A DNA stretch of 64,000 nt from an uncultured virus (IMG/VR IMGVR_UViG_3300016657_000021) (Duplodnaviria > Heunggongvirae > Uroviricota > Caudoviricetes): IMG/VR virus record IMGVR_UViG_3300016657_000021, positions 1 through 64,000 of that record; one strand, written 5' to 3'. The position numbers and the translations under genes were made by a program. Shown here piece after piece: positions 56,161 through 63,733 of the stretch. The notes below the pieces were generated by a model. It worked only from the letters and a program-made list of their open reading frames with translations, was not told where the DNA came from and made no database searches. Positions within the stretch are counted from its first letter, which is position 1, and each line of letters opens with the position of its first letter.

Positions 56161-59061
56161 TTACTTTTTAGCCAAGCCGTAGCGCTTGTGTACACCGCCT
56201 TCAACTGCCAGCGGAATGCCGGGCATGTACTTCGGTTCGACGATCATCTGTTCGAGGATCCACTTACGCCCTTCTTCCGCTTGTTCTTCCGGCACCATCA
56301 CGATTTGTTCGTCATGCACCGACCCGACAACAGGGTAGCGCTTGAACGTACGCAGCATGCCGTCCGTCATGACGATGCGACTTGCCCCTTGAATCACGTT
56401 GTTTGTGATCTTTCCGGGGTATAGCTTCGTGTCGTCTTTGCCGTAGACGTACTGGTACCTGCCGCGATCATCTTTTGTGCGGCGAAGGTTCGGGTAGCGC
56501 AAGCTCATGCCGTTCGGAAGCACAATCTCTTCCTTGCGGAACACAAGACATTTATACCTGAACTCCTCGCCGCCGTAAAGCGCTGTCTCCAGCAGCGTGC
56601 CGCACATCTCCCAGAACGTCGTGACCGGGTGCGCTGTCTCCCGGTAGATGTCAATGATCTTCTTTGCTGCAACGCAATGAATCAGCAGTTCCTTGGTCGT
56701 GCAGGTGTGCGGGATGGCTTCCAGCTTCTTCACGTTCTCGTCCCAGTCAAGGAATTTCTCGACATATTGCCGAGTCACTCCGAGCTTCTTGGCGAACGCC
56801 ATGTCATAGCGCACCGGAGGAGCGCCGAGGAAACCGACCAGCAGCTGCGCGGCGAAGCTCGCCCAGCCCAACCCATAACCGCAGTTGTGTACGATCAACG
56901 GGCCTTCACTGGTCAGAATTGTGTAGCGGTTTCTCGGCCCTGCATAAGCGAGATCGTAAGTCTGCATTCTCTGCTTCAAGGGTTGCAATGCGTCGGTTAA
57001 GCTGTTCGATTGCTCGTGCGCTATATGGGCGTTTGTTTTTCCCATTCTCACTGCGCGTGACGAAGCGAAGGTTGCCGGGAACATACCCACCGTTGTTGTC
57101 GATGCGATCAAGCTGCAGTTCCGGCGCATCAGATCCCGGTAGTGCAACGAGATACCGCAAGAATTCAGCGCGATCTGCGACCCATGCCGGGTGCACAGCA
57201 ATTCCCCGGCCCCCATAATCGGGATACGTAGCACTGTCCGGGTTAGTGCAGCGGACAATGATTGCGCTAATACGGTCAAGCAATCGGTCACGGTGCTCGC
57301 GATTTGGGCAAATAGCCGCGTACCCTGCAGCAACCATGCGTGTTTGCGTTGCTTTCTTTTTTGCGCAACCGTTGCAGCGTGTAGTTCTTCCTGCCCGCAG
57401 ATTGGCACGCTCGACGAAACCCACCCACCCACATGAACAGCGCATTTGTGGTTGGTAAGCAAACCTGCCTTTCCATTCGGGGCCATGCGGTCGTCGTTCC
57501 CACCCGATACAGGTAAGTTCGCCAATGACAGCCCCGACTTCAAAAGGGAAGGGTTTGCTAGGGCCGCGCTCCATGCCACCCACCCACGTTCCGTCAGGAT
57601 TTCGTGATCCGAAGTCGCGCTTATCCCGTATTGCGTAAGAACTTCTTTCTCGCCCTGTGGCACTAGCCCCTGATGCTTTACCCATGCTTCACCATCCCAT
57701 ACCATATCCGTAGCCTGAACCTGTACTATAGGTACCCAACCGCGCTGTGTCAACACCGGGGTGTCCGCACCGAAGCAGCCCAGCAGCGCCGACTTAGCCG
57801 ACTGCCGTAGATCCGGGTGGCTGTCCTTGGTCATGCCGGGAATGTTGAACATCTGCGAGCCGAACTGCGCGTAGGCATCCTGCCCCGACCGGAAGATGTT
57901 CAGCAGGTCTTCGTAGTCCGACATCCACGCCAGCACACGCGGCTCAATCTGCGACAAGTCGCCAACCACCAGCACGTACCCGTCCGGAGCCATGATCGCC
58001 TTACGCAAAAACGACCCACGCTTTAAGTTCTGCATGTTGATGGCCGAACCCTTGGCGGCAGCATAGCGGCCCGTCGCCGCGCCGTAATACGACAGGGGCA
58101 CAGGTAGCGTGCCCCGATGTGCGATGTCGAGGAAGCGCTGCGCACGCGTACGCTCGGACGTTGACTTGACTTTCAGTCGCGCTTCGCAGAGTAGTGCGAC
58201 ATCTTCGTTTTCTCCGTTGAGGAGGGCTTGGAATAGCGCGTCGTTCTTTGCGAGGGCAAACGTCTGTTCACCAGTCGTTTTACTTGTCTTGAGCGGAGCT
58301 GCACAGCCCAAGGATTCCAGAAGAGCCGCAAACTGAGGGTTGCTAGATAGCATCGCATCTGTAACACCAAGTCTTGCAAGTAAGCCTTCACGGATTTCCC
58401 TTTCTTCGTTGATTCCTTCGGCCAGCATCTCACGATCCAGCACCAGCTTTGGTTGGGTATACATCTTCAGCGTCATGTCGATCAGACGCAGCTCGCTCAG
58501 CGGATACGGCGGGTAGCTCGTGCCGTCCGGCAGCGGCACCATGCCGTTCAAGCGCTTGAATATCTCCTCGCACAAGAACACATCGTGTCGGCAGTAGTCG
58601 GCCAGCTCTTGCTCGATATGGAACGGCAGTTCGTCAAGGTAGTTCTCGGACGATGCCAGCCCCTGCCCCTTGTCAGGAAGCTCGAAGTCTTGCGCCAGCT
58701 TCTTCAGACTGTTGCCTACTTCAACGCCTCGCAGCGCACGCCCCATAGAGAGCGTGTCGAAGATGAACGCCGGGTGCGCGTCGTAGTGCCACGCTAGTAT
58801 GCACACGTCGAACTGCGCGTTCTGCGCGATGACGGCTGTACGGCTCCAGTCAATCGTCTGCACCCAGTCGTTCAGGTCTTTGCCGCGTACCCATATGGCC
58901 TTGCCGGGAGCGCCGAACTCTTTCCAACACAAGCCCCATGCCTTGAAGCGCGGGTCGCGCACATACTCTTCGTTCGTCTGACACGAGAAGCCAAGCTTTA
59001 CGCCTCGCCCCCACGCCGTTTCTGCATCAATGACGATTATTCTGTCGTAAGGTTTACTCAT
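56161..59061 (-). CDS. DNA polymerase family A with 3'-5' exonuclease, intein-containing
   Basis: Exo DAET/NAQFD/YCRHD; motif A DLSQIEPR; motif B RQSAKSALLG|CGYG split by intein; motif C VHDE. Confidence 0.95.
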   Translation of the reverse strand: MSKPYDRIIVIDAETAWGRGVKLGFSCQTNEEYVRDPRFKAWGLCWKEFGAPGKAIWVRGKDLNDWVQTIDWSRTAVIAQNAQFDVCILAWHYDAHPAFIFDTLSMGRALRGVEVGNSLKKLAQDFELPDKGQGLASSENYLDELPFHIEQELADYCRHDVFLCEEIFKRLNGMVPLPDGTSYPPYPLSELRLIDMTLKMYTQPKLVLDREMLAEGINEEREIREGLLARLGVTDAMLSSNPQFAALLESLGCAAPLKTSKTTGEQTFALAKNDALFQALLNGENEDVALLCEARLKVKSTSERTRAQRFLDIAHRGTLPVPLSYYGAATGRYAAAKGSAINMQNLKRGSFLRKAIMAPDGYVLVVGDLSQIEPRVLAWMSDYEDLLNIFRSGQDAYAQFGSQMFNIPGMTKDSHPDLRQSAKSALLGCFGADTPVLTQRGWVPIVQVQATDMVWDGEAWVKHQGLVPQGEKEVLTQYGISATSDHEILTERGWVAWSAALANPSLLKSGLSLANLPVSGGNDDRMAPNGKAGLLTNHKCAVHVGGWVSSSVPICGQEELHAATVAQKRKQRKHAWLLQGTRLFAQIASTVTDCLTVLAQSLSAALTRTVLRIPIMGAGELLCTRHGSQIALNSCGISLHYRDLMRRNCSLIASTTTVGMFPATFASSRAVRMGKTNAHIAHEQSNSLTDALQPLKQRMQTYDLAYAGPRNRYTILTSEGPLIVHNCGYGLGWASFAAQLLVGFLGAPPVRYDMAFAKKLGVTRQYVEKFLDWDENVKKLEAIPHTCTTKELLIHCVAAKKIIDIYRETAHPVTTFWEMCGTLLETALYGGEEFRYKCLVFRKEEIVLPNGMSLRYPNLRRTKDDRGRYQYVYGKDDTKLYPGKITNNVIQGASRIVMTDGMLRTFKRYPVVGSVHDEQIVMVPEEQAEEGRKWILEQMIVEPKYMPGIPLAVEGGVHKRYGLAKK
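56884..57777 (-). mobile_element. intein (298 aa) in polA motif B
   Basis: Starts CFGADTPV (block A), ATSDHEIL (block B), YDL (block F), ends IVHN followed by +1 Cys; removal restores KSALLGCGYG. Confidence 0.95.
56906..57574 (-). CDS. HNH-type homing endonuclease in an alternative frame inside the intein
   Basis: CSCG...NLRAG...C; RC.NP....YGGRGI.V...W; LDRIDNNGGY.PGNLRF....N; likely ATG 57574 (frame open from 57685). Confidence 0.8.
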   Translation of the reverse strand: MERGPSKPFPFEVGAVIGELTCIGWERRPHGPEWKGRFAYQPQMRCSCGWVGFVERANLRAGRTTRCNGCAKKKATQTRMVAAGYAAICPNREHRDRLLDRISAIIVRCTNPDSATYPDYGGRGIAVHPAWVADRAEFLRYLVALPGSDAPELQLDRIDNNGGYVPGNLRFVTRSENGKNKRPYSARAIEQLNRRIATLEAENADLRSRLCRAEKPLHNSDQ

Positions 59062-59530
59062 GTGTTTCTTTCAGAAAGTTGCGTACCAGTTCTTCACGTT
59101 CAGCAGACAGTTCGAACCATCGTGTATTGCCTCTGTCTTTTGCCCGCACTTGTTGAATCATGTGTGCAGCGGTTGCACGTTTTACGCCGAGACGTTCGGC
59201 TAATAACCAGCTTTTGGTTTTTGCGTACGGTCTATTTCGTGCCTGCGTTTCGCGCGTAGCCCAACGGCAGTTAGACGGCGTATAGTTCTTGGCCGTGTTG
59301 ATGCGGTCTAGCGTATGCTTGTCCGTTGGCCTTCTTCCCATGTCTTCAAGGAAGGCCGCAAAAGAACTTTCCCAACGCTTGCACACGCGAATGCCTTTAC
59401 CACCGTAATACGCGTAGTCTCTTGCTTTCGGGTTATTGCACCGGTTCTTCATCATTTGCCACGACCGGTACTCTGGCGTGGCGATTCTCTTTCCGTCTAC
59501 TAAACGGACTTCACCCATCGGCTTTTCCAT
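59054..59530 (-). CDS. free-standing HNH-type endonuclease
   Basis: EYRSW..MK.RC.NP....YGGKGI.VC.RW...F..DMG...LDRIN....Y.P.NCRWAT. Confidence 0.9.
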   Translation of the reverse strand: MEKPMGEVRLVDGKRIATPEYRSWQMMKNRCNNPKARDYAYYGGKGIRVCKRWESSFAAFLEDMGRRPTDKHTLDRINTAKNYTPSNCRWATRETQARNRPYAKTKSWLLAERLGVKRATAAHMIQQVRAKDRGNTRWFELSAEREELVRNFLKETHE

Positions 59531-59554
59531 AGGACTCCCCAATGTACTAGGAAG

Positions 59555-59782
59555 TCATAGTGTACCACACCCTTTGCCACGTTTATTCTCCTTGTATTTT
59601 TTGTTGTGCAACATGTAGCAGGGCTTGCACCTGCTGGTGTGCTTAGCGCCAGTGCTACGCTCGTAGAACTCGCTGTTTGGTTTCTCTTGCCCACAATCGC
59701 GGCATACCTTGTGCGTTGCCGGTGCAGGCTTTGCGTGTATCTTTGGCGCAGCAATGAAGTTGCTTACGATCTGATCCCACAT
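59555..59782 (-). CDS. small Zn-finger protein
   Basis: CRDC...KP..EF...CKPC. Confidence 0.7.
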   Translation of the reverse strand: MWDQIVSNFIAAPKIHAKPAPATHKVCRDCGQEKPNSEFYERSTGAKHTSRCKPCYMLHNKKYKENKRGKGCGTL

Positions 59783-60051
59783 CAGTTCATCCTCTCCTTT
59801 GGTGGTGCGTCCTTGGTGATCGAAAACTCAAGGAACGCGGTGGTGCTCTGCGCTACTATGTACGCGTCTTCTTCGTCGCAGTTCATTGTGAAGGTTTCGT
59901 CCATGCCGTTCGGATAGCTTATCGTCACGACAGCACGAGGGCCATCTTCCGTGTAGCACTTCGACAGGTTTACAACCAGTGTCTTGAAGTGCTCACGGTC
60001 TTCTTCGTCCATCGCCTTGATGCGCTGCTCTAGCTCGTCTGCTTCAGACAT
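59782..60051 (-). CDS. hypothetical protein (89 aa)
   Basis: GAAAGGA SD at ATG 60051. Confidence 0.7.
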   Translation of the reverse strand: MSEADELEQRIKAMDEEDREHFKTLVVNLSKCYTEDGPRAVVTISYPNGMDETFTMNCDEEDAYIVAQSTTAFLEFSITKDAPPKERMN

Positions 60052-60641
60052 CGGATGTCCTTTCTTTTTGGTGTACCCAAAGCCCGTGCAACCGACCAAC
60101 CAAGCTTGTTTAGTCTGTCGAACACAACGGATGGCGGTAAGCCCGCATTTCTAGCGGCCTGCGACATGCAAATACCTTTGTACTTTCGTGTTCGGCGGGT
60201 GTTGCGTGCTTGTTCCTCTAGTGGAACCCATCTACAGTTTGCTTTTGCGTACCCTTTACGGCTATCTACGCGATCGAGCGAGTAGCCTTCCGGCGGATCC
60301 CCCATGTCCGCGTAAAAATTTTCGAATTTCTCCCACCGTTTAGCGACGCTAACTTGTGTATAGCATGTGTTTCTTTCTCTGTGCGTGTTGCGCACTCTTG
60401 CCCACATCCCTTTCCATTTTCGATACGCCGTCGTGTTTGTTGCCCCATGCGTTTTGTTTTTCATTGCGCGTTGTTCACGGCGCATACACCCGCAAGACTT
60501 AGTGTCTCCGCTGCGCAGGTCAACTTGTGCTTTCACCACTTTGTTGCCGCAGTCACATACGCACGCCCACGCAACACGTTTCGTGCCTTCAATTCTGCGT
60601 ACGACCGTCAAGCGGCCAAAACGAGCACCCTGAAGTTCCAT
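60030..60641 (-). CDS. HNH-type homing endonuclease
   Basis: FGRLTV...CVCDCG...LRSG.TKSCGC; DMG.P....SLDRVD...GY...NCRW. Confidence 0.9.
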   Translation of the reverse strand: MELQGARFGRLTVVRRIEGTKRVAWACVCDCGNKVVKAQVDLRSGDTKSCGCMRREQRAMKNKTHGATNTTAYRKWKGMWARVRNTHRERNTCYTQVSVAKRWEKFENFYADMGDPPEGYSLDRVDSRKGYAKANCRWVPLEEQARNTRRTRKYKGICMSQAARNAGLPPSVVFDRLNKLGWSVARALGTPKRKDIRCLKQTS

Positions 60642-60939
60642 GTGTTTCCTCCTTTATCTTGCGCAGAGTGTCTTCCAAATCCGTTAGGTTGTCAATGTGT
60701 GCTAGAAAGACAACAGCGCCGGCGCGGAAAGCTCTACCGGCATTTCTCGTTTGCAAAAGAGTAGGCTTCTTCTTACCGTCCGCTTTGCACTCGATCCCTA
60801 CAAATATCGAATTAACGCAGCACACAATGTCAAATATGCCCATCACACCCATACCGTTGCTTACCGGCATAAAGTAGTAGACGTCAAGCGTGTCCAGCAG
60901 CTTCTTCACCTTCTTCTTAACAAGTCCTTCCGGGGTCAT
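60589..60939 (-). CDS. VRR-NUC nuclease (Holliday junction resolvase-like)
   Basis: TPEG.VK...G.FDI.....F.GIECKA.....T.LQ. Confidence 0.85.
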   Translation of the reverse strand: MTPEGLVKKKVKKLLDTLDVYYFMPVSNGMGVMGIFDIVCCVNSIFVGIECKADGKKKPTLLQTRNAGRAFRAGAVVFLAHIDNLTDLEDTLRKIKEETHGTSGCSFWPLDGRTQN

Positions 60940-61361
60940 GCGGCCACCTGCATCGTGTTGTCGTTAGCTTGCTCTCGCTCTTTACGCAGGCGCTCGCGTT
61001 TCGCACGCTGCTGCGCGTTCTCTTTCTCACGGTTCTTCGGGTTCATGCGCCGCAACCGGTTACGCTCTCTTTCAGGCAGGCGTGCGGGCTTCTCAGCGTC
61101 AACCTCCTTGCCCCATGCGTAGAACGGACGAAAGCGTTTGTGCGCATCGTCAACATCCCGCTTCCACATCTTGATGTAGATGCGCCGCTTCTCGTGCAGG
61201 TGCTTGATATATGCGCGTGCCTGTACCTCACACATGAACGTAGCGGCGGCAAGCTCTTTGGTCATGAGCGCGGTTTCGGACAACACTTCTTTGATGCGCT
61301 CGATACGCAGCTTCGATACGGGGCGTGTGAACCGTTTGCTCTTTGGCGTTTTCTTTTTCAT
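60936..61361 (-). CDS. basic winged-helix-like protein
   Basis: MTKELA...ARAYIKHLH...IYI..W. Confidence 0.65.
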   Translation of the reverse strand: MKKKTPKSKRFTRPVSKLRIERIKEVLSETALMTKELAAATFMCEVQARAYIKHLHEKRRIYIKMWKRDVDDAHKRFRPFYAWGKEVDAEKPARLPERERNRLRRMNPKNREKENAQQRAKRERLRKEREQANDNTMQVAA

Positions 61362-61564
61362 TCTTTCTCCTTTGCAAGCTCTCTGATTTCTTCGATTGAG
61401 TAGTTGGTGAAGTCGTATATTAACAAGATCAAGTGCGGGGTCAAATGCTTTCTGTCGGCACGCAGGTTCGTAATGGTGGCAGAAGAACAGCCGAGTTCAC
61501 GCGCAAGATGGGCGTTGTTTTTCAGCCCGTAGTCTTTGATGATTTTGTCAAGTAACTTGTTCAT
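61358..61564 (-). CDS. XRE-like HTH protein
   Basis: LKNNAHLARELGCSSATITNLR; AAGGAG SD at ATG 61564. Confidence 0.75.
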   Translation of the reverse strand: MNKLLDKIIKDYGLKNNAHLARELGCSSATITNLRADRKHLTPHLILLIYDFTNYSIEEIRELAKEKE

Positions 61565-61758
61565 TTTGTCAGACGCTCCTTGAGTTCTTTCGGGATCTTT
61601 GGTTTCGGACACCATGCCAAACAGTCATCGCTCCACTGGCCGACGATCAGCACGCCGCCCGGATTCAACAGCAGCATGTTCACCCCTTTCGGGGGCGGGT
61701 CAACCAGTGGGTCACGGAAGTACAGCTCGTTAGTTGTCAGTTGCGTTGGGTCGCTCAT
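61561..61758 (-). CDS. hypothetical protein (DUF551-like)
   Basis: PP.GV..LL...G.W.....AWCP.PK.P. Confidence 0.7.
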   Translation of the reverse strand: MSDPTQLTTNELYFRDPLVDPPPKGVNMLLLNPGGVLIVGQWSDDCLAWCPKPKIPKELKERLTK

Positions 61759-61972
61759 TTTTTAATGCCTCCTGTTGTTCGTCACGAATCCATTGCTCGG
61801 TTTCTGCTGCTTCCGCTTCTTGGTGTTTGATCCATACGGACTCCAGCAAATCTGCTGCTTGCTTCAGGGTGTGGATAAGCGCCTTGTCGTAGTCTTGGTC
61901 GAGCGCATCTGCGTAGCCGCTCAGCCGCGCTGCCGTTGTGTAGCCCTGTAGTGCGTGTGCGAAACTAATCAT
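61730..61972 (-). CDS. hypothetical protein
   Basis: AAGGAG SD, ATGA overlap. Confidence 0.65.
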   Translation of the reverse strand: MISFAHALQGYTTAARLSGYADALDQDYDKALIHTLKQAADLLESVWIKHQEAEAAETEQWIRDEQQEALKNERPNATDN

Positions 61973-62541
61973 GTGTTCTTCTCCTTCAGCTTGGCTTCGA
62001 TGAAGCGAATTGTGTCGCGCCAACCCCCTAATGCCAAAAATGCATCCCGCATTTCCTCATCCGTCAGCCCTTGCCATTCGCGCTGTGGTGGGAGGGTGCT
62101 TGCAAGTCTTGCTAAAGCGTTTCGTAGCTGCGTCATATACCACGCAGCAATTTGTCCTGCTGACATATCCGGTTCATCTTCTGGCGCCATTGCAAGCTGA
62201 AAAGACTGATTTCCGATTGAAAAATAAATGTAGCTGTGTTTAACGAAAACATCCCACGCCACCGGCTCCGGCTTTTCTCCCTGTTGCGCGGTTTTCTCTA
62301 CGCGCTGCGCGGTTTTCTCTACGCGCTGCGACGTTTTCTCTACGTCAGGCTGTTTTTCTGCGCAAACATCTACAGCGAGTCGGGCGCTGATAGCTTTGAT
62401 AGAGATATCGGCAAAATCAATTGCTTGTGCGGATTCATACCATTCGATATTCCCGAGTAAGTACGCGATCTTTTGACGGCATTCCTGTAGCGCATCCAGC
62501 GCCGCCTGCAACTCGGCACGGGGGAGGGTTATGTTAGTCAT
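61969..62541 (-). CDS. mosaic hypothetical protein with VEKT(S/A)QR tandem repeats
   Basis: EPVAW and REWQGLTDEE modules; 21-nt tandem repeats. Confidence 0.7.
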   Translation of the reverse strand: MTNITLPRAELQAALDALQECRQKIAYLLGNIEWYESAQAIDFADISIKAISARLAVDVCAEKQPDVEKTSQRVEKTAQRVEKTAQQGEKPEPVAWDVFVKHSYIYFSIGNQSFQLAMAPEDEPDMSAGQIAAWYMTQLRNALARLASTLPPQREWQGLTDEEMRDAFLALGGWRDTIRFIEAKLKEKNT

Positions 62542-62741
62542 GTCTGCTCCTTTGCTTTTTTCTTATGGTTGTTTATTTCAGTCGCCCCCGCTTTAGATGC
62601 GGGCCACACATGCTGTCGCTGGTCAATCGTCAGGTCGTACCCAAAACGAACGGCATTAATTAGCTGCGGTGTCATTGCCGTAAATTGCTTAGGGTTTGGT
62701 TGATCTGGGCAAATAGTGTAGGTGTACGGTAACTTAGCCAT
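62538..62741 (-). CDS. hypothetical protein
   Basis: GGAG SD; coupled to neighbours. Confidence 0.6.
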   Translation of the reverse strand: MAKLPYTYTICPDQPNPKQFTAMTPQLINAVRFGYDLTIDQRQHVWPASKAGATEINNHKKKAKEQT

Positions 62742-62916
62742 TAGTTTTCTCCACAACGCAGGTTATGCGAACAGTTTTGTTTTGAATAAAGCCATACCTG
62801 CTGCATTGCTCTTGAACCTCTTTAAAGTGCCGATAGTCATCTCCAACGTGAATGACCCCAAAGATTGCAAAGATCAAACCTATCGTCATCAAAACGATAT
62901 TCGCCAAGTCATCCAT
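62734..62916 (-). CDS. small membrane protein
   Basis: N-terminal TM segment; AAGGAG SD. Confidence 0.65.
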   Translation of the reverse strand: MDDLANIVLMTIGLIFAIFGVIHVGDDYRHFKEVQEQCSRYGFIQNKTVRITCVVEKTNG

Positions 62917-63145
62917 TGTTTTCTCCTTTAGCTTTGGCGAGTGCGGCTTTGGCGCGTTTAACCGGACACCATTGCTCGTCGCTTTCGCAGTCGTGGTCTT
63001 TGTGTTCTGTGTCCATCAACAGAAACCGCAAGGCATCCACCAACTCGGCATTCAGATTGTCTAACCGACGCAGTTCATTAGCGGCTCCATCGTTTAGTTC
63101 TGTTCCATCTTCAAGAACATCAGCGAACAACCTCGCTTTAGTCAT
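62909..63145 (-). CDS. hypothetical protein, paralog of 63375-63587
   Basis: AANELRRLDNLNAELVDAL...AALAKAK. Confidence 0.7.
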   Translation of the reverse strand: MTKARLFADVLEDGTELNDGAANELRRLDNLNAELVDALRFLLMDTEHKDHDCESDEQWCPVKRAKAALAKAKGENNG

Positions 63146-63378
63146 TGCAGTTCTTCCCCTTCAGGCCGAAGTTCCATCGCGTAAATTGAGCGCGACCAGA
63201 CGATATAGGTTTCCGGCAGCCCCGCATTGATTGCTGGTCGGCTGTCGAGAATTCTTTGCATACGCGCAACCTCTGCGTAAGCCCATTCAAGTTCTTCCGC
63301 TACCATCTGACGCGCAGAGATAGGCAAAGGGGTGCTGAGGTCGCGCAGTTGATTTAGTAGGTAATTTGGTTTGGTCAT
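63142..63378 (-). CDS. hypothetical protein
   Basis: AAGGAG SD, ATGA overlap. Confidence 0.65.
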   Translation of the reverse strand: MTKPNYLLNQLRDLSTPLPISARQMVAEELEWAYAEVARMQRILDSRPAINAGLPETYIVWSRSIYAMELRPEGEELQ

Positions 63379-63587
63379 GTCTGCTCCTTTGCTTTGGCGA
63401 GTGCGGCGCGGCATTTTTTAATATACGGATGGTCATCACTTAGCGCGGCTTCTAAAGCCAGCACCATTTCAGCATTCAGCGCATCCAACCGGCGAAGCTC
63501 GGCGGCTGCTTCTTTGTCCCACTTTGTTGACAGCACCATACGTTCAAGCTGGTCAGCAAGCCGCTGCGCTTTGGTTTGTTCAGTCAT
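63375..63587 (-). CDS. hypothetical protein, paralog of 62909-63145
   Basis: AAAELRRLDALNAEMVLAL...AALAKAK. Confidence 0.7.
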   Translation of the reverse strand: MTEQTKAQRLADQLERMVLSTKWDKEAAAELRRLDALNAEMVLALEAALSDDHPYIKKCRAALAKAKEQT

Positions 63588-63733
63588 TTAGTCCTCCGTT
63601 TTCTGTTTGGCGAAGCAGCGCCGTAGCCGTCGCCGTAGCCNNNNNNNNNNNNNNNNNNNNNNNNNNNNNNNNNNNNNNNNNNNNNNCCGTAGCCGTAGCC
63701 GTCGCCGTCGCCGTAGCCGATTGGCTTAAACAT
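63584..63733 (-). CDS. Gly-Tyr/Gly-Asp repeat peptide (spans assembly gap)
   Basis: MFKPIGYGDGDGYGYG[gap]GYGDGYGAASPNRKRRTK; coupled to neighbours at both ends. Confidence 0.65.
   Translation of the reverse strand: MFKPIGYGDGDGYGYXXXXXXXXXXXXXXXXGYGDGYGAASPNRKRRTK
63641..63686. other. assembly gap (46 N) within a 6-nt tandem repeat
   Basis: N run flanked by (GCCGTA/GCCGTC)n. Confidence 0.98.

Noticed and set aside
62288..62350. 21-nt tandem repeat as a regulatory array
   Set aside because: It is in-frame coding (VEKTSQR/VEKTAQR) within ORF 61969-62541, so it is a simple linker expansion.
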